A stretch of 64,000 bases of DNA from Vicinamibacterales bacterium (GTDB lineage Bacteria; Acidobacteriota; Vicinamibacteria; Vicinamibacterales; UBA8438), in assembly GCA_965116765.1 (NCBI GenBank), contig OZ220718.1, positions 1,909,384 through 1,973,383 on the forward strand, written 5' to 3'. Every line of letters begins with the position of its first letter. Positions within the stretch are counted from its first letter, which is position 1. The position numbers and the translations under genes were made by a program. Positions 55,940 to 64,000 of the stretch are shown one piece after another. The notes under the pieces are model-generated. The model was not told where the DNA came from. It did no database searches and saw nothing but the letters and a program-made list of their open reading frames with translations.

Positions 55940-56589
55940 ACGGCGTGCACGACATGGGCGGGATGGACGGCTTCGGCCCCGTCGAGCCCGAGACGGACGA
56001 GCCCGTCTTCCACCACCCCTGGGAAGGCCGCGTGTTCGCCATCCGCGCCGCCCTCCGCCCCAAGGACCGGGTACCGGGGTGGGGCAGCTTCCGCTACGAC
56101 CTCGAGCGCATCCCCCCCGCCGACTACCTCCGCATGTCGTACTACGAGCGGTGGTTCGCGATATCGCTGGACCGCCTCCTCCGCAGCGGCCTCGTGACCA
56201 GGGCCGAGCTCGAGTCGGGACGGCCCGAGCCGGGACCGCCGGGGCCGCCGCTCCGTCCGGGGCCGGCCGCGCGCCCCTCCGGCCCCGGACGACTGGACGT
56301 CGACGTGGCGGCCCGCTTCCGGCCGGGAGACGACGTGCGCGCGCGCAACCTGCATCCGCCCGGACATACGCGTCTGCCGCGCTACGCGCGTGGCAAGACC
56401 GGCGTGGTCACCCGCGACAATGGGGTCTACGGCCTGCAGGACACGGACGAGGGCGGTCAGGCGCTCGATCGCCCGCCGCAGCACGTCTACACCGTGCGTT
56501 TCGGCGCGCAAGAGCTGTGGGGAGAGCGCGCATCGGCGCGCGACGCGGTCTACGTAGACCTCTGGGAGGACCATCTTGAGCCCGCCTGA
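55936..56589 (+). CDS. nthB: Nitrile hydratase beta subunit
   Basis: [23 protein letters not shown]...FHHPWEGRVFA...YYERWF... and C-terminal ...TRLPRYARGKTGVV...HVYTVRF..ELWGE are hallmark beta-subunit segments. Contains a Pro/Gly-rich insert. Confidence 0.9.
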   Translation: MNGVHDMGGMDGFGPVEPETDEPVFHHPWEGRVFAIRAALRPKDRVPGWGSFRYDLERIPPADYLRMSYYERWFAISLDRLLRSGLVTRAELESGRPEPGPPGPPLRPGPAARPSGPGRLDVDVAARFRPGDDVRARNLHPPGHTRLPRYARGKTGVVTRDNGVYGLQDTDEGGQALDRPPQHVYTVRFGAQELWGERASARDAVYVDLWEDHLEPA

Positions 56590-56998
56590 GTCGGCGTCCC
56601 GCCCGCCGGGACCCGCCGCGGCCCGGCCCGACGCACCGCGGCTCGAGGCCGAACGGCTCGACGCCCTCCCCCCGCTGCCGCGCGACGACGACGGACCCGT
56701 GTTCGCCGAGCCGTGGCAGGCCCAGGCGTTCGCCCTCGCCGTCAGCCTCAGCGAGCAGGGCCACTTCACCTGGAAGGAATGGACCGGCGTCCTCGCCGAC
56801 GAGCTTCGCGCCGCCGCCGCGCGCGGCGAGCCCGACGACGGCTCGCGCTACTACCACCACTGGGTCGCGGCCCTCGAGCGCCTCGCCGCCACCAAGGGCC
56901 TGACCGACGCGCCGACCCTCCACACCCGCAAGGAGGCGTGGGCCGACGCCTACCGCCACACCCCGCACGGTCAGCCCGTGGTGCTCCGCAAGCCGTGA
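56576..56998 (+). CDS. Nitrile hydratase accessory (activator, P14K/NhlE-like) protein
   Basis: TTG 56576 lies 5 nt after GGGAGGA. PVFAEPWQAQAFALAVSLSEQGHFTWKEWTGVLADEL...YYHHWVAALERL is typical of the accessory protein family. It overlaps the beta 3' end by 14 nt. Confidence 0.8.
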   Translation: MSPPESASRPPGPAAARPDAPRLEAERLDALPPLPRDDDGPVFAEPWQAQAFALAVSLSEQGHFTWKEWTGVLADELRAAAARGEPDDGSRYYHHWVAALERLAATKGLTDAPTLHTRKEAWADAYRHTPHGQPVVLRKP

Positions 56999-57030
56999 AC
57001 GGCCAAGCCGGATGACAGGAGACCCGCAGC

Positions 57031-58698
57031 ATGATCTCACCGCATCACACCAGCCCCGCGACCCCTCACCGCGACTTCTGGAGCAGACGGGCGTTCCTGC
57101 GCGGAGTCTCGGGCCTCGCCGCAGTCAGCGGCGCGGCGCGGCTGCTGCCACCAGCGCCGGCCGTGGTCGCTTACGCGTGGGGACAGGAAACGGCCTCGCG
57201 CGCGACGGTCGAGACCACGGCAGGTCGCGTCCGCGGCGCCGTCCGCGCGGGCGTCCACGTCTTCAAGGGCGTTCGCTACGGCGCGCCGACGGGCGGGCGC
57301 CACCGGTTCATGCCGCCCGCCGCGCCCGCGCCGTGGACCGGCGTGCGCGACGCCCTGGCGTACGGCGCGGCGGCGCCGCAGGGCCGGTCGCAACCCGTCA
57401 CGAGCGAGGACTGTCTCTTCCTCAACGTGTGGACGCGGGGGCTCGGCGACGCCGGCCGGCGCCCCGTCATGGTCTGGCTGCACGGCGGCGGCTTCAGCTC
57501 CGGCTCGGGGTCCTCGGCCACCTACGACGGCGTCAACCTGTGCAACCGGAGCGACGTGGTCGTCGTCACCATCAACCACCGCCTCAACATCTTCGGGTCG
57601 GCGTACCTCGCCGAGCTGGGCGGCGACGACTTCGCGGCGTCCGGCTGCACGGGCATGCTCGACATCGTCGCCGCCCTCGAGTGGGTGCGCGACAACATCG
57701 AGGCCTTCGGCGGCGACCCGGGCCGCGTGACGGTGTTCGGCGAGTCCGGCGGCGGGCGGAAGGTCTCGACCCTGCTCGCGATGCCCGACGCCAAGGGGCT
57801 CTTCCACCGCGCGATCATCCAGAGCGGCGCGGTGCTGCGCGTGCGCAATCCGCACGATGCCACTCGCGAGGCCGAGCTGCTGCTCTCGAAGCTCGGCCTG
57901 CGCGCGGACCAGGCCCGGGACCTGCAGGCGGTTCCCACCGACCGGCTGTTCGCGGCGTTCACGGAGATGTCCCGCGACTTCGAGCCGGAGGAGCACGTGG
58001 TCGGCATGACCACCAGCACCCCGGTGCTGGACGGACGCTTCATCCCCGTCCATCCCTTCGATCCGACGGCGGCCGAAATCTCGAGGGACGTGCCGGTGAT
58101 CGTCGGCTACAACCGCACCGAGGAGACGCTGTGGTGGCGCGGCCGCGAGATGCCGCTCGACATGACGGAATCCGATCTGCGGGGACGGATCGCGGCGCGG
58201 CTGCGGAGCGCCGCCGACGCCGTCCGCGTCGTCGCCGCCTATCGCGGCGCCTATCCCGACGCGCGCCCGTGGGACCTCTACATCCTGATCTGCACCGACC
58301 ACCCGCGCGGCATGTACGCGCGCGAGCTCGCGGCGCGCAAGACCGCGCAGGGCGGCGCCCCCGCCTGGCTCTACCGCTTCGACTGGGACATGGGGGGCGA
58401 GATGAAGACGCCCCATGCTCTCGAGATCCGCTTCGTCTTCGACAACGTCGACCACACCGAGACCCGGCTGTTCGACCTGCCCGGTTCGCCGTCCGCGCGC
58501 GCCCTCGCCGGCCGGATGAGCGCCTCGTGGGCGGCGTTCGCCCGCACCGGGAACCCCGACACTCATGATCTGCCGCACTGGCCGGTCTACGCCCGCGACA
58601 CGCGGCAGGCGATGCTCTTCGACAACGAGAGCCGCATCGTGCGCGACCACGACCGCGGTCCGCGGCTGGTGATGGAAGAGGTGCTCGGACTGGCGTGA
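57031..58698 (+). CDS. Type-B carboxylesterase/lipase family, TAT-exported
   Basis: RBS AGGAGA. RRAFLRGVSGLAAV leader. EDCLFLNVW, VWLHGGGFSSGSG (oxyanion hole) and FGESGGG (nucleophile elbow). Confidence 0.9.
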   Translation: MISPHHTSPATPHRDFWSRRAFLRGVSGLAAVSGAARLLPPAPAVVAYAWGQETASRATVETTAGRVRGAVRAGVHVFKGVRYGAPTGGRHRFMPPAAPAPWTGVRDALAYGAAAPQGRSQPVTSEDCLFLNVWTRGLGDAGRRPVMVWLHGGGFSSGSGSSATYDGVNLCNRSDVVVVTINHRLNIFGSAYLAELGGDDFAASGCTGMLDIVAALEWVRDNIEAFGGDPGRVTVFGESGGGRKVSTLLAMPDAKGLFHRAIIQSGAVLRVRNPHDATREAELLLSKLGLRADQARDLQAVPTDRLFAAFTEMSRDFEPEEHVVGMTTSTPVLDGRFIPVHPFDPTAAEISRDVPVIVGYNRTEETLWWRGREMPLDMTESDLRGRIAARLRSAADAVRVVAAYRGAYPDARPWDLYILICTDHPRGMYARELAARKTAQGGAPAWLYRFDWDMGGEMKTPHALEIRFVFDNVDHTETRLFDLPGSPSARALAGRMSASWAAFARTGNPDTHDLPHWPVYARDTRQAMLFDNESRIVRDHDRGPRLVMEEVLGLA

Positions 58699-58834
58699 AG
58701 CCGGATGCGGCCCGCGGGCCCCGTGGCGGCCCACGCCCGGGCCGCTTGCGGCCGGTCATCCCACGGGCGTCTGCGATAGTCTCGCGGTGTCGGTGTCGAC
58801 GGCCGCGAAGCGGCCACCTGCACGGAGAGTACCC

Positions 58835-59830
58835 ATGACGAGAATGTCGATGCGGCTCGCGGTCCTGGCGGGCATCGTGGGGCTCGGGCTGCCCCTCGGG
58901 TCGAGCGCGAGCCCGGAGGCCCAGCCGCCCGAGCGCGAGCCGGTCAGCATCGCGCAGTTCGACCGGTGGATGGACGAGCTGTCGAACTGGGGCCGGTGGG
59001 GCGCCGACGACCAGATCGGGGCCGCCAACCTGATGACCGACGAGAAGCGCCGCGAGGCGGCGGCCCTCGTGCGGACCGGCACGACGGTGTCGCTGTCGCA
59101 CGACTTCCTCACCGAGGAGGCGGTCGACGCGGCCGAGCCCTACGTGCTGCAGATGAACATCAACCCCGAGGGGCAGAACTCGGGCGACCGCGTCGAGGTC
59201 TACTTCCACGGCGTGACCTACTCCCACCTCGACGGGCTGTGCCACGTCTTCTACAAGGACAAGCTCTACAACGGCCTCGACTTCCGCGACGTCGTCACCG
59301 AGGACGGCTGCTCGCTGATGGACACCACGCAGATGAAGGACGGCCTGGTGACGCGGGGCGTGCTCGTCGACATGCCCCGGCTGAAGGGCGTGCCGTACCT
59401 CGAGCCGGGCACGAAGCTGTACCGCGAGGACATCGAGGCGTGGGAGGAGTACGCCGGGGTCCGGCTGGGGCCGGGCGACGCGCTGCTCCTGCGCACCGGC
59501 CGCTGGGCCTACCGCGAGGCGGTGGGGCCGACGCGCGAGATGTCGGGGTGGGACGCCTCGGTCATCCCGTTCCTCGCCGAGCGCGACATCGCCCTCCTCG
59601 GGGCCGACTCGGTTCACGAGGCGCCGGACAGCGTGCCGGGCCTGCGCGTCAATCCCATCCACCGGTTCGCGATCGTCGCGCGCGGGATGAACCTGCTCGA
59701 CAACATCGACCTCGACGCGGCGGCCGAGACGGCGGCCCGGCTCAACCGGTGGGAGTTCATGCTGATAGTGGCTCCGCTGCGCGTGCCTGGCGGCACGGGG
59801 TCGCCGGTGAACCCGATCGCCATCTTCTGA
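58835..59830 (+). CDS. Cyclase-family protein (kynurenine formamidase-like), exported; paralog B
   Basis: ATG 58835 follows GGAGAG. NWGRWGADDQIGAANLMT...SHLDGLCHVF...GTGSPVNPIAIF. Paralog of the 33089-34174 gene. Confidence 0.8.
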   Translation: MTRMSMRLAVLAGIVGLGLPLGSSASPEAQPPEREPVSIAQFDRWMDELSNWGRWGADDQIGAANLMTDEKRREAAALVRTGTTVSLSHDFLTEEAVDAAEPYVLQMNINPEGQNSGDRVEVYFHGVTYSHLDGLCHVFYKDKLYNGLDFRDVVTEDGCSLMDTTQMKDGLVTRGVLVDMPRLKGVPYLEPGTKLYREDIEAWEEYAGVRLGPGDALLLRTGRWAYREAVGPTREMSGWDASVIPFLAERDIALLGADSVHEAPDSVPGLRVNPIHRFAIVARGMNLLDNIDLDAAAETAARLNRWEFMLIVAPLRVPGGTGSPVNPIAIF

Positions 59831-59846
59831 CGACGGAACGGACTGA

Positions 59847-60069
59847 CCGCTCTTCGGCGCCCGAAGGCCGCGGTCCGGGAACCACCGACTACACTGTGCC
59901 CCTTCGGCGGCGCGAGACGAGGGATCGGCCTGACCCCGGCCGCGGGCGGCGCGTCGCGAATCGACGCCCGAAGGTCGGCGGTCCGAGAACGGCCGATCAG
60001 TCTGCCCGCCTTCCGGCGGCTCGAGAACAAGATCAGCCGGGAGCCCGCCCTCCGGCGCGTGGCGAAGAC
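59847..60069 (+). repeat. Degenerate tandem array of about 36-41-nt hairpin-forming units in the cyclase/ltaE intergenic region
   Basis: Units end in (C)GRGAAC-like motifs at 59882, 59918, 59990, 60028 and 60069. Cores are GCCCGAAGG(C/T)CG(G)CGGTCCG(G/A)GAAC (59859-59882 and 59966-59990) and GCCC(C/GCC)TTC(C)GGCGGC.CGAGA(A)C (59898-59918 and 60004-60028). CTTCGG/CCGAAG segments are mutually complementary. Confidence 0.5.
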
Positions 60070-60174
60070 GATGACCGGTCCGGCGCCGCGTAGCGATTCG
60101 AAAGCGCCGGAGCAGATTGACCGGTCTGCCGCAACCATTCACGGGCGGGGGCCGGCCCCTGGAGCATCAACGAC

Positions 60175-61230
60175 ATGTCGAACAGGGTCATCCCACTCTT
60201 CAGCGACACCGATACGCGCCCCACACCCGGAATGCGCGCCGCCATCGCCGCGGCCGACGTCGGCGACGAGCAGAAGGGCGAGGACCCCACAATCATCCGG
60301 CTGCAGGAACGGGTGGCGGAGCTGCTCGGCAAGGAGGCGGCCCTGTGGCTGCCCACCGGCACGATGTGCAACCTCGTGGCGGTGAAGACCCACACGCGGC
60401 CCGGGGACGCCCTCGTCGCCGACTGGATGGCCCACGTCATCCGCGCCGAGTCGGGTGGAGCCGCGCTCGCCTCCGGCGTCATCGTGGAGGGAATCCGGAC
60501 CGAACGCGGCATCTTCACCGCGGCCGAGCTCGGGGCGGCGATGGACCGGGTCGTCGCCGTGCCCGAACCCTACGGCCAGCCCGTGGGGCTCGTCTGCGTC
60601 GAGCAGACCCACAACTTCGGCGGCGGCGCGGTTTGGCCGTTGGAGGCGCTCGACGCCGTCGCCGCCATCGCGCGCGCCCGCAGCGTGCCGCTGCACATGG
60701 ACGGCGCGAGGCTGCTGAACGCCTGCACGGCACTCGGGGTCCCCGCCGGCGCGGTCGCGGAGCGGGTGGACAGCGTGTGGCTCGACTTCACCAAGGGGCT
60801 CGGCGCCCCCATCGGTGCGGTGCTCGCGGGGACAGCGGCGTTCATTGCGCGCGCGCGCCGCTACAAGCAGCTCTTCGGCGGCGCCATGCGCCAGGCGGGC
60901 ATCGCCGCCGCGGGGTGCCTGTACGCCCTCGACCACCACGTCGACCGCCTCGTGGAGGACCACGAGAACGCCAGCCGGCTCGCCCGCGGACTGGCCGAGA
61001 TCGACGGCATCGAGGTCCGCACCGCCATCCCGGACACCAACATGGTCTTCTTCGACGCGTCCGGACTGGGTCTGAGCAACCGGGAGTTCCTCGACCGCCT
61101 CGCGGCGGCCGGCGTGCGCATGAGCGGCGCCGGCGGGGCGATCCGCGCCGTCACCCACCTCGACGTCTCCCGCGCCGACATCGACCGCGCCCTCGCCGCG
61201 GTGCGCGACGTCGCCGCAGGCCGGGCGTGA
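60175..61230 (+). CDS. ltaE: Low-specificity L-threonine aldolase (PLP-dependent, beta-eliminating lyase family)
   Basis: FSDTDTRPTPGMRAAIAAADVGDEQKGEDPT..., PTGTMCNLVA, HMDGARL and DSVWLDFTKGLGAP (PLP lysine context) are typical of threonine aldolases. Confidence 0.85.
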   Translation: MSNRVIPLFSDTDTRPTPGMRAAIAAADVGDEQKGEDPTIIRLQERVAELLGKEAALWLPTGTMCNLVAVKTHTRPGDALVADWMAHVIRAESGGAALASGVIVEGIRTERGIFTAAELGAAMDRVVAVPEPYGQPVGLVCVEQTHNFGGGAVWPLEALDAVAAIARARSVPLHMDGARLLNACTALGVPAGAVAERVDSVWLDFTKGLGAPIGAVLAGTAAFIARARRYKQLFGGAMRQAGIAAAGCLYALDHHVDRLVEDHENASRLARGLAEIDGIEVRTAIPDTNMVFFDASGLGLSNREFLDRLAAAGVRMSGAGGAIRAVTHLDVSRADIDRALAAVRDVAAGRA

Positions 61231-61252
61231 GCCGGCCCCGCCGCAAGCCGCA

Positions 61253-63058
61253 TCACTCCGCGTCCGGCAACGCGAACACGTAGAGCGTATTGCCCGACGC
61301 GGGACGAATCTCCGGGGTCAGGGCGCTGAAGTGCGACGCCGTTCCCCCGGCCCCGGTGCCGACCGCGAGGTACTGGCGGCCGTCGACGGCGTAGGTGATC
61401 GGGAAGCCGCTCACCGGCGAGCCGAGCGGGATCTCCCACAGCACCTCGCCGGTCTCCTGGTCGAAGGCGCGGAACCGCCCCGCGATGTCGCCGCCGAAGA
61501 CGAGGCCGCCGCCCGTCGCCACCATCGACATGGTCGCCGCGCGCTGCTCGTGGATCCACAGGGTCTCGCCGGTCTCGGCCGAGATCGCGCGCACCGTGCC
61601 CGCGTTCTCGTTGCCCGGCGCGAGCTGGTGGCGGTAGGCGATGGCGTAGGTGCGCGAGCGGCTCTCGGTGCGCGCGGCGGGGGTGTCGTCGGGGAACGTG
61701 GTCGTGGCGAGCATGCGCGCGCAGGTGTTGCGCAACGGCATGTACATGGTGTTGGTCAGCGGGCTGTAGGCGCCCGCCTCCCAGTCCTTGCCGCCGTTCC
61801 ACGTCGGACACGCGAACACCTGCTGCCCCACCGCGGTGAACACGACCTCGGCGTTCTCGGTCACCGCGCCCGTCGCTCCGTCGATGCCGCTGATGACGTT
61901 CTGGGCGACGGTGGGGGTGGCCCACAGGAACTCGCCGGTCTCGCGGTCGAGGGTGTAGACGACGCCGGTCTTGCCGGGAATGCCGGTCACCACCCGCCGC
62001 GTCTCGCCCGGCTGGATGCGCGGGTTGATCCAGCTCACCGCCGACGGGTCGGGCGCCACCGCGGTGTCGACGAGGATGCGCTCGAACGGGTGGTCGAGGT
62101 CCCAGTGGTCGTTCAGGTGCTGGTAGTACCAGCGGATCTCGCCGGTCTCGACGTCGATGGCCAGCGTCGAGTTGTGGTAGAGGTGCGTCAGGTCGACCCC
62201 GCCCAGCATGAACTTCGGGGCCGGCGAGGTAACCGACGTGCCCTGGTAGATGAGCCGCAGCTCGGGGTCGTAGCTCGCCGGCATCCACGTGCCCACGTGC
62301 ACGCGCTCCTCGTAGGGCACGTCGCCCCACGTCTCGTCGCCCGGCTCGCCCGGGGCCGGCACCGTGCGCCGCCGCCACAGCTCCTCGCCGGTCCGCGCGT
62401 CGTGGGCCACGACGACGCACGACTCGGGCCCGCCCTGGGGCCGGCAGCTCCGGCCGGAGATGGCCCGGCCGTCGGCGATGATGGGGCCCGAGCTGTGCCC
62501 CGCGGGCGTCACCTTGTAGTCGAAGATCCGCGTCTCCCAGGCGATCTCGCCGGTCTCGGCGTCGAGCCCGAAGAAGTAGTCGTCGTCGCTGGTGTTGACG
62601 ATGAACCGGTCGTAGATGGCGATGTTCCGGTTGTTGCGCGCGTTGCCGCCCACGAAGTCGTAGACGTCGTCCGGAAGGTTGCGGCGGTGCTGCCAGATCA
62701 GGTCGCCGGTCACCGCGTCGATGGCCTCGATGACGTCGCTCGACTGCGGCATGTACAGCACGCCGCGGTAGGCGAGCGGCGTGCCCTCCTGCCGCCCCGC
62801 CGCGAGCCCGCGCGACCACACCATGCGGAGCCGGCCCACGTTGCCGCGGTCGATCTGGTCGAGGGGGCTGTAGCCCCACCCGTCGAGGGTGCGGCGCCAC
62901 GTCAGCCAGTCCTCGGGCGCCGGGTCGTGGAGCATCGCGTCGGTGACGGGCACGAACTCGTCCGCGGACTGGGCCGGCGCGCTCCCCGCCGCCGCCAGCG
63001 CCAGCACCGCCGCCGCGATCGCCGGAACCCGGCGCAAGATCCGAGACTGCATCTGCAT
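61253..63058 (-). CDS. Exported PQQ-dependent dehydrogenase (quinoprotein), paralog 3, same subgroup as the 7842-9653 gene
   Basis: ATG 63058 follows GAGGAG. Signal peptide MQMQSRILRRVPAIAAAVLALAAAGSAPAQ. EDWLTWRRTLDGWGYSPLDQID hallmark. Colinear similarity to paralog 1 (VTD..L.DP.P.DWL, SYDPEL.LIY, WYYQHL, ETGE.LW, FP.TY...GRQYL). Confidence 0.85.
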   Translation of the reverse strand: MQMQSRILRRVPAIAAAVLALAAAGSAPAQSADEFVPVTDAMLHDPAPEDWLTWRRTLDGWGYSPLDQIDRGNVGRLRMVWSRGLAAGRQEGTPLAYRGVLYMPQSSDVIEAIDAVTGDLIWQHRRNLPDDVYDFVGGNARNNRNIAIYDRFIVNTSDDDYFFGLDAETGEIAWETRIFDYKVTPAGHSSGPIIADGRAISGRSCRPQGGPESCVVVAHDARTGEELWRRRTVPAPGEPGDETWGDVPYEERVHVGTWMPASYDPELRLIYQGTSVTSPAPKFMLGGVDLTHLYHNSTLAIDVETGEIRWYYQHLNDHWDLDHPFERILVDTAVAPDPSAVSWINPRIQPGETRRVVTGIPGKTGVVYTLDRETGEFLWATPTVAQNVISGIDGATGAVTENAEVVFTAVGQQVFACPTWNGGKDWEAGAYSPLTNTMYMPLRNTCARMLATTTFPDDTPAARTESRSRTYAIAYRHQLAPGNENAGTVRAISAETGETLWIHEQRAATMSMVATGGGLVFGGDIAGRFRAFDQETGEVLWEIPLGSPVSGFPITYAVDGRQYLAVGTGAGGTASHFSALTPEIRPASGNTLYVFALPDAE

Positions 63059-63481
63059 CACACCACTCCTCGGCCGGGGCCGGGCGCCGCACCTTCCCGA
63101 CAGGACGCGTTCTCCCGCCGCCGGCGCGACCCCTGGGCGCCGTGCCGCCATCATCGGCGCCACCCCCACGGGTGTCAAGGTGCACGCCCGCGCCTCGTGC
63201 CGTCCGGTACCACCGGTCGGCACGGCGCCGGCAGCCCCTTCTCCCGATGGAGGGGAGCGTCCCGGTCTGGCCGTCCGGCGGCTGAATCGGCGGGAGCGGC
63301 GTCAAGACACCGCATCCGGGCTCTCGCGGCATCCTGGCGGCCGTACCGCCGGCCGGGGGTGAAGCGCCGACGGGCGCCCCGTGGCGAGGGCCGGTTCGGG
63401 GGCGTCCTTGCACGCGACCACCCTCCGGATCGATGATTGGCAGGTACCGAACGACGACCGGGACACCTGGAGGTGGATACA

Positions 63482-64000
63482 ATGACCAATCGTTCTCTCG
63501 TCGCGGCGTTGGCCGCGATCGCCATCGCGGCGCTGGCCGCGGCCCCCGCGGCGGCCCAGGACGCGCCCCGGACCCCGTGGGGGGCGCCGGATCTGCAGGG
63601 CATCTGGGACTTCCGCACCATCACCCCGCTGGAGCGGCCGGAAGACCTGGGCGACCAGGCGTTCTACACGCCGGAGGAGGCCGCGACCCTCGAGCGGGAG
63701 GCCATCGAGCGCGACATCGAGCTCTGGGAGCGCGAGGCGCAGCGGACCGAGGTCGGCGGCAACGTCGGCGCCTACAACAACTTCTGGATGGACCGGGGCA
63801 CCAGCCCCATCGAGACGCGGCGCACCTCTCTGATCACCGATCCCCCGAACGGGCGCTTCCCCGAGCTGTCCGAGGTGGGCGCCGAGCGCGCCGAGGCACG
63901 GCGGGCGCACATGGCCGAGCACCCCGCGGATACCTACACCGACCGCAACACGTCCGACCGGTGCATCGTGGGGTTCAACGCCGGCCCGCCCATCACGCCG
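63482..64000 (+). CDS. Exported hypothetical protein, 3'-truncated by the window edge
   Basis: ATG 63482. MTNRSLVAALAAIAIAALAAAPAAAQDAPRTPWGAPDLQGIWDFRTITPLERPEDLG... stays open to position 64000. High GC3. Absent from the ORF track only because it has no stop. Confidence 0.65.
   Translation, partial: MTNRSLVAALAAIAIAALAAAPAAAQDAPRTPWGAPDLQGIWDFRTITPLERPEDLGDQAFYTPEEAATLEREAIERDIELWEREAQRTEVGGNVGAYNNFWMDRGTSPIETRRTSLITDPPNGRFPELSEVGAERAEARRAHMAEHPADTYTDRNTSDRCIVGFNAGPPITP

Noticed and set aside
59847-60069. Possible tandem glycine riboswitch upstream of the threonine aldolase gene (two CCGAAGG-containing units about 107 nt apart)
   Set aside because: The conserved glycine-aptamer elements as I remember them (GGAGAG P1 context, ACCGAAGGrGCAA, CTCAGGCAAAAGGAC) are not present. 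The similarity is limited to CCGAAGG, so I treat the region as a repeat array instead.
63059-63481. Riboswitch or leader in the 423-bp divergent spacer, including the near-palindrome GTGCCGTCCGGTACCACCGGTCGGCAC
   Set aside because: It matches no riboswitch core I know (no B12 box, for example). GC-rich palindromes of this size are plausible by chance, so it is not reported as a feature.

Overview
High-GC bacterial chromosomal segment; hand counts of single 60-nt lines give about 72% GC in ordinary genes. I support about 50 protein-coding genes. I recognised no rRNA, tRNA, CRISPR array, transposase or integrase. The gene content suggests a Gemmatimonadota/Acidobacteriota-like organism (inference only): an ADOP-type duplicated permease, a DUF1592/DUF1552 pair, a Ser/Thr kinase with a TolB-like propeller, and many Sec/TAT-exported enzymes. 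Because of the GC content the six-frame track is full of long Arg/Ala/Gly/Pro-rich shadow ORFs. I chose frames by protein plausibility, family motifs, third-position GC and RBS/start context.

Layout:
- 1-9.6 kb: exported hydrolases and oxidoreductases (MBL-fold, RraA-like, esterase, haem-motif propeller protein, PQQ dehydrogenase 1).
- 9.65-16.45 kb: accessory island of defence/TA-type genes. It holds an XRE-ImmA/IrrE protease, a DUF234 AAA ATPase, an AbiEii-like nucleotidyltransferase with a non-canonical upstream partner, a YcaQ/AlkZ glycosylase and small ORFs.
- 16.4-43.9 kb: PQQ dehydrogenase 2, a DUF1592-DUF1552-lipoprotein operon, a Ser/Thr kinase, a cytochrome c-fused PHM/DBH-like copper monooxygenase, a DUF2911-like protein, DUF4389, a large DUF5916-type outer-membrane protein, a cyclase, a bicupin, an ADOP permease, DUF3604 and a GntR-SPFH operon.
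- 43.9-46.9 kb: second small accessory patch (orphan terminator, truncated ATPase fragment, HTH protein, DUF4143 ATPase, small ORF).
- 46.9-54.5 kb: sugar-catabolic cluster (two Gfo/Idh/MocA, a xylose-isomerase-like TIM barrel, an SSS symporter, DUF1080), interrupted by one low-GC membrane-protein gene.
- 54.7-61.2 kb: cobalt-type nitrile hydratase cluster (SnoaL, alpha, mini-ORF, beta, accessory, carboxylesterase, cyclase, threonine aldolase).
- 61.3-64 kb: PQQ dehydrogenase 3 and a partial exported protein.

Most interesting observations:
- The non-canonical NTase pair at 12969-14502.
- The island as a whole (9654-16445).
- The low-GC single-gene insertion at 48345-48974.
- The translationally coupled mini-ORF that duplicates the nitrile hydratase beta N-terminus.
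- Several structured or repeated intergenic elements.

Three ORF disruptions all look like single-base deletions. They may be assembly errors rather than biology.
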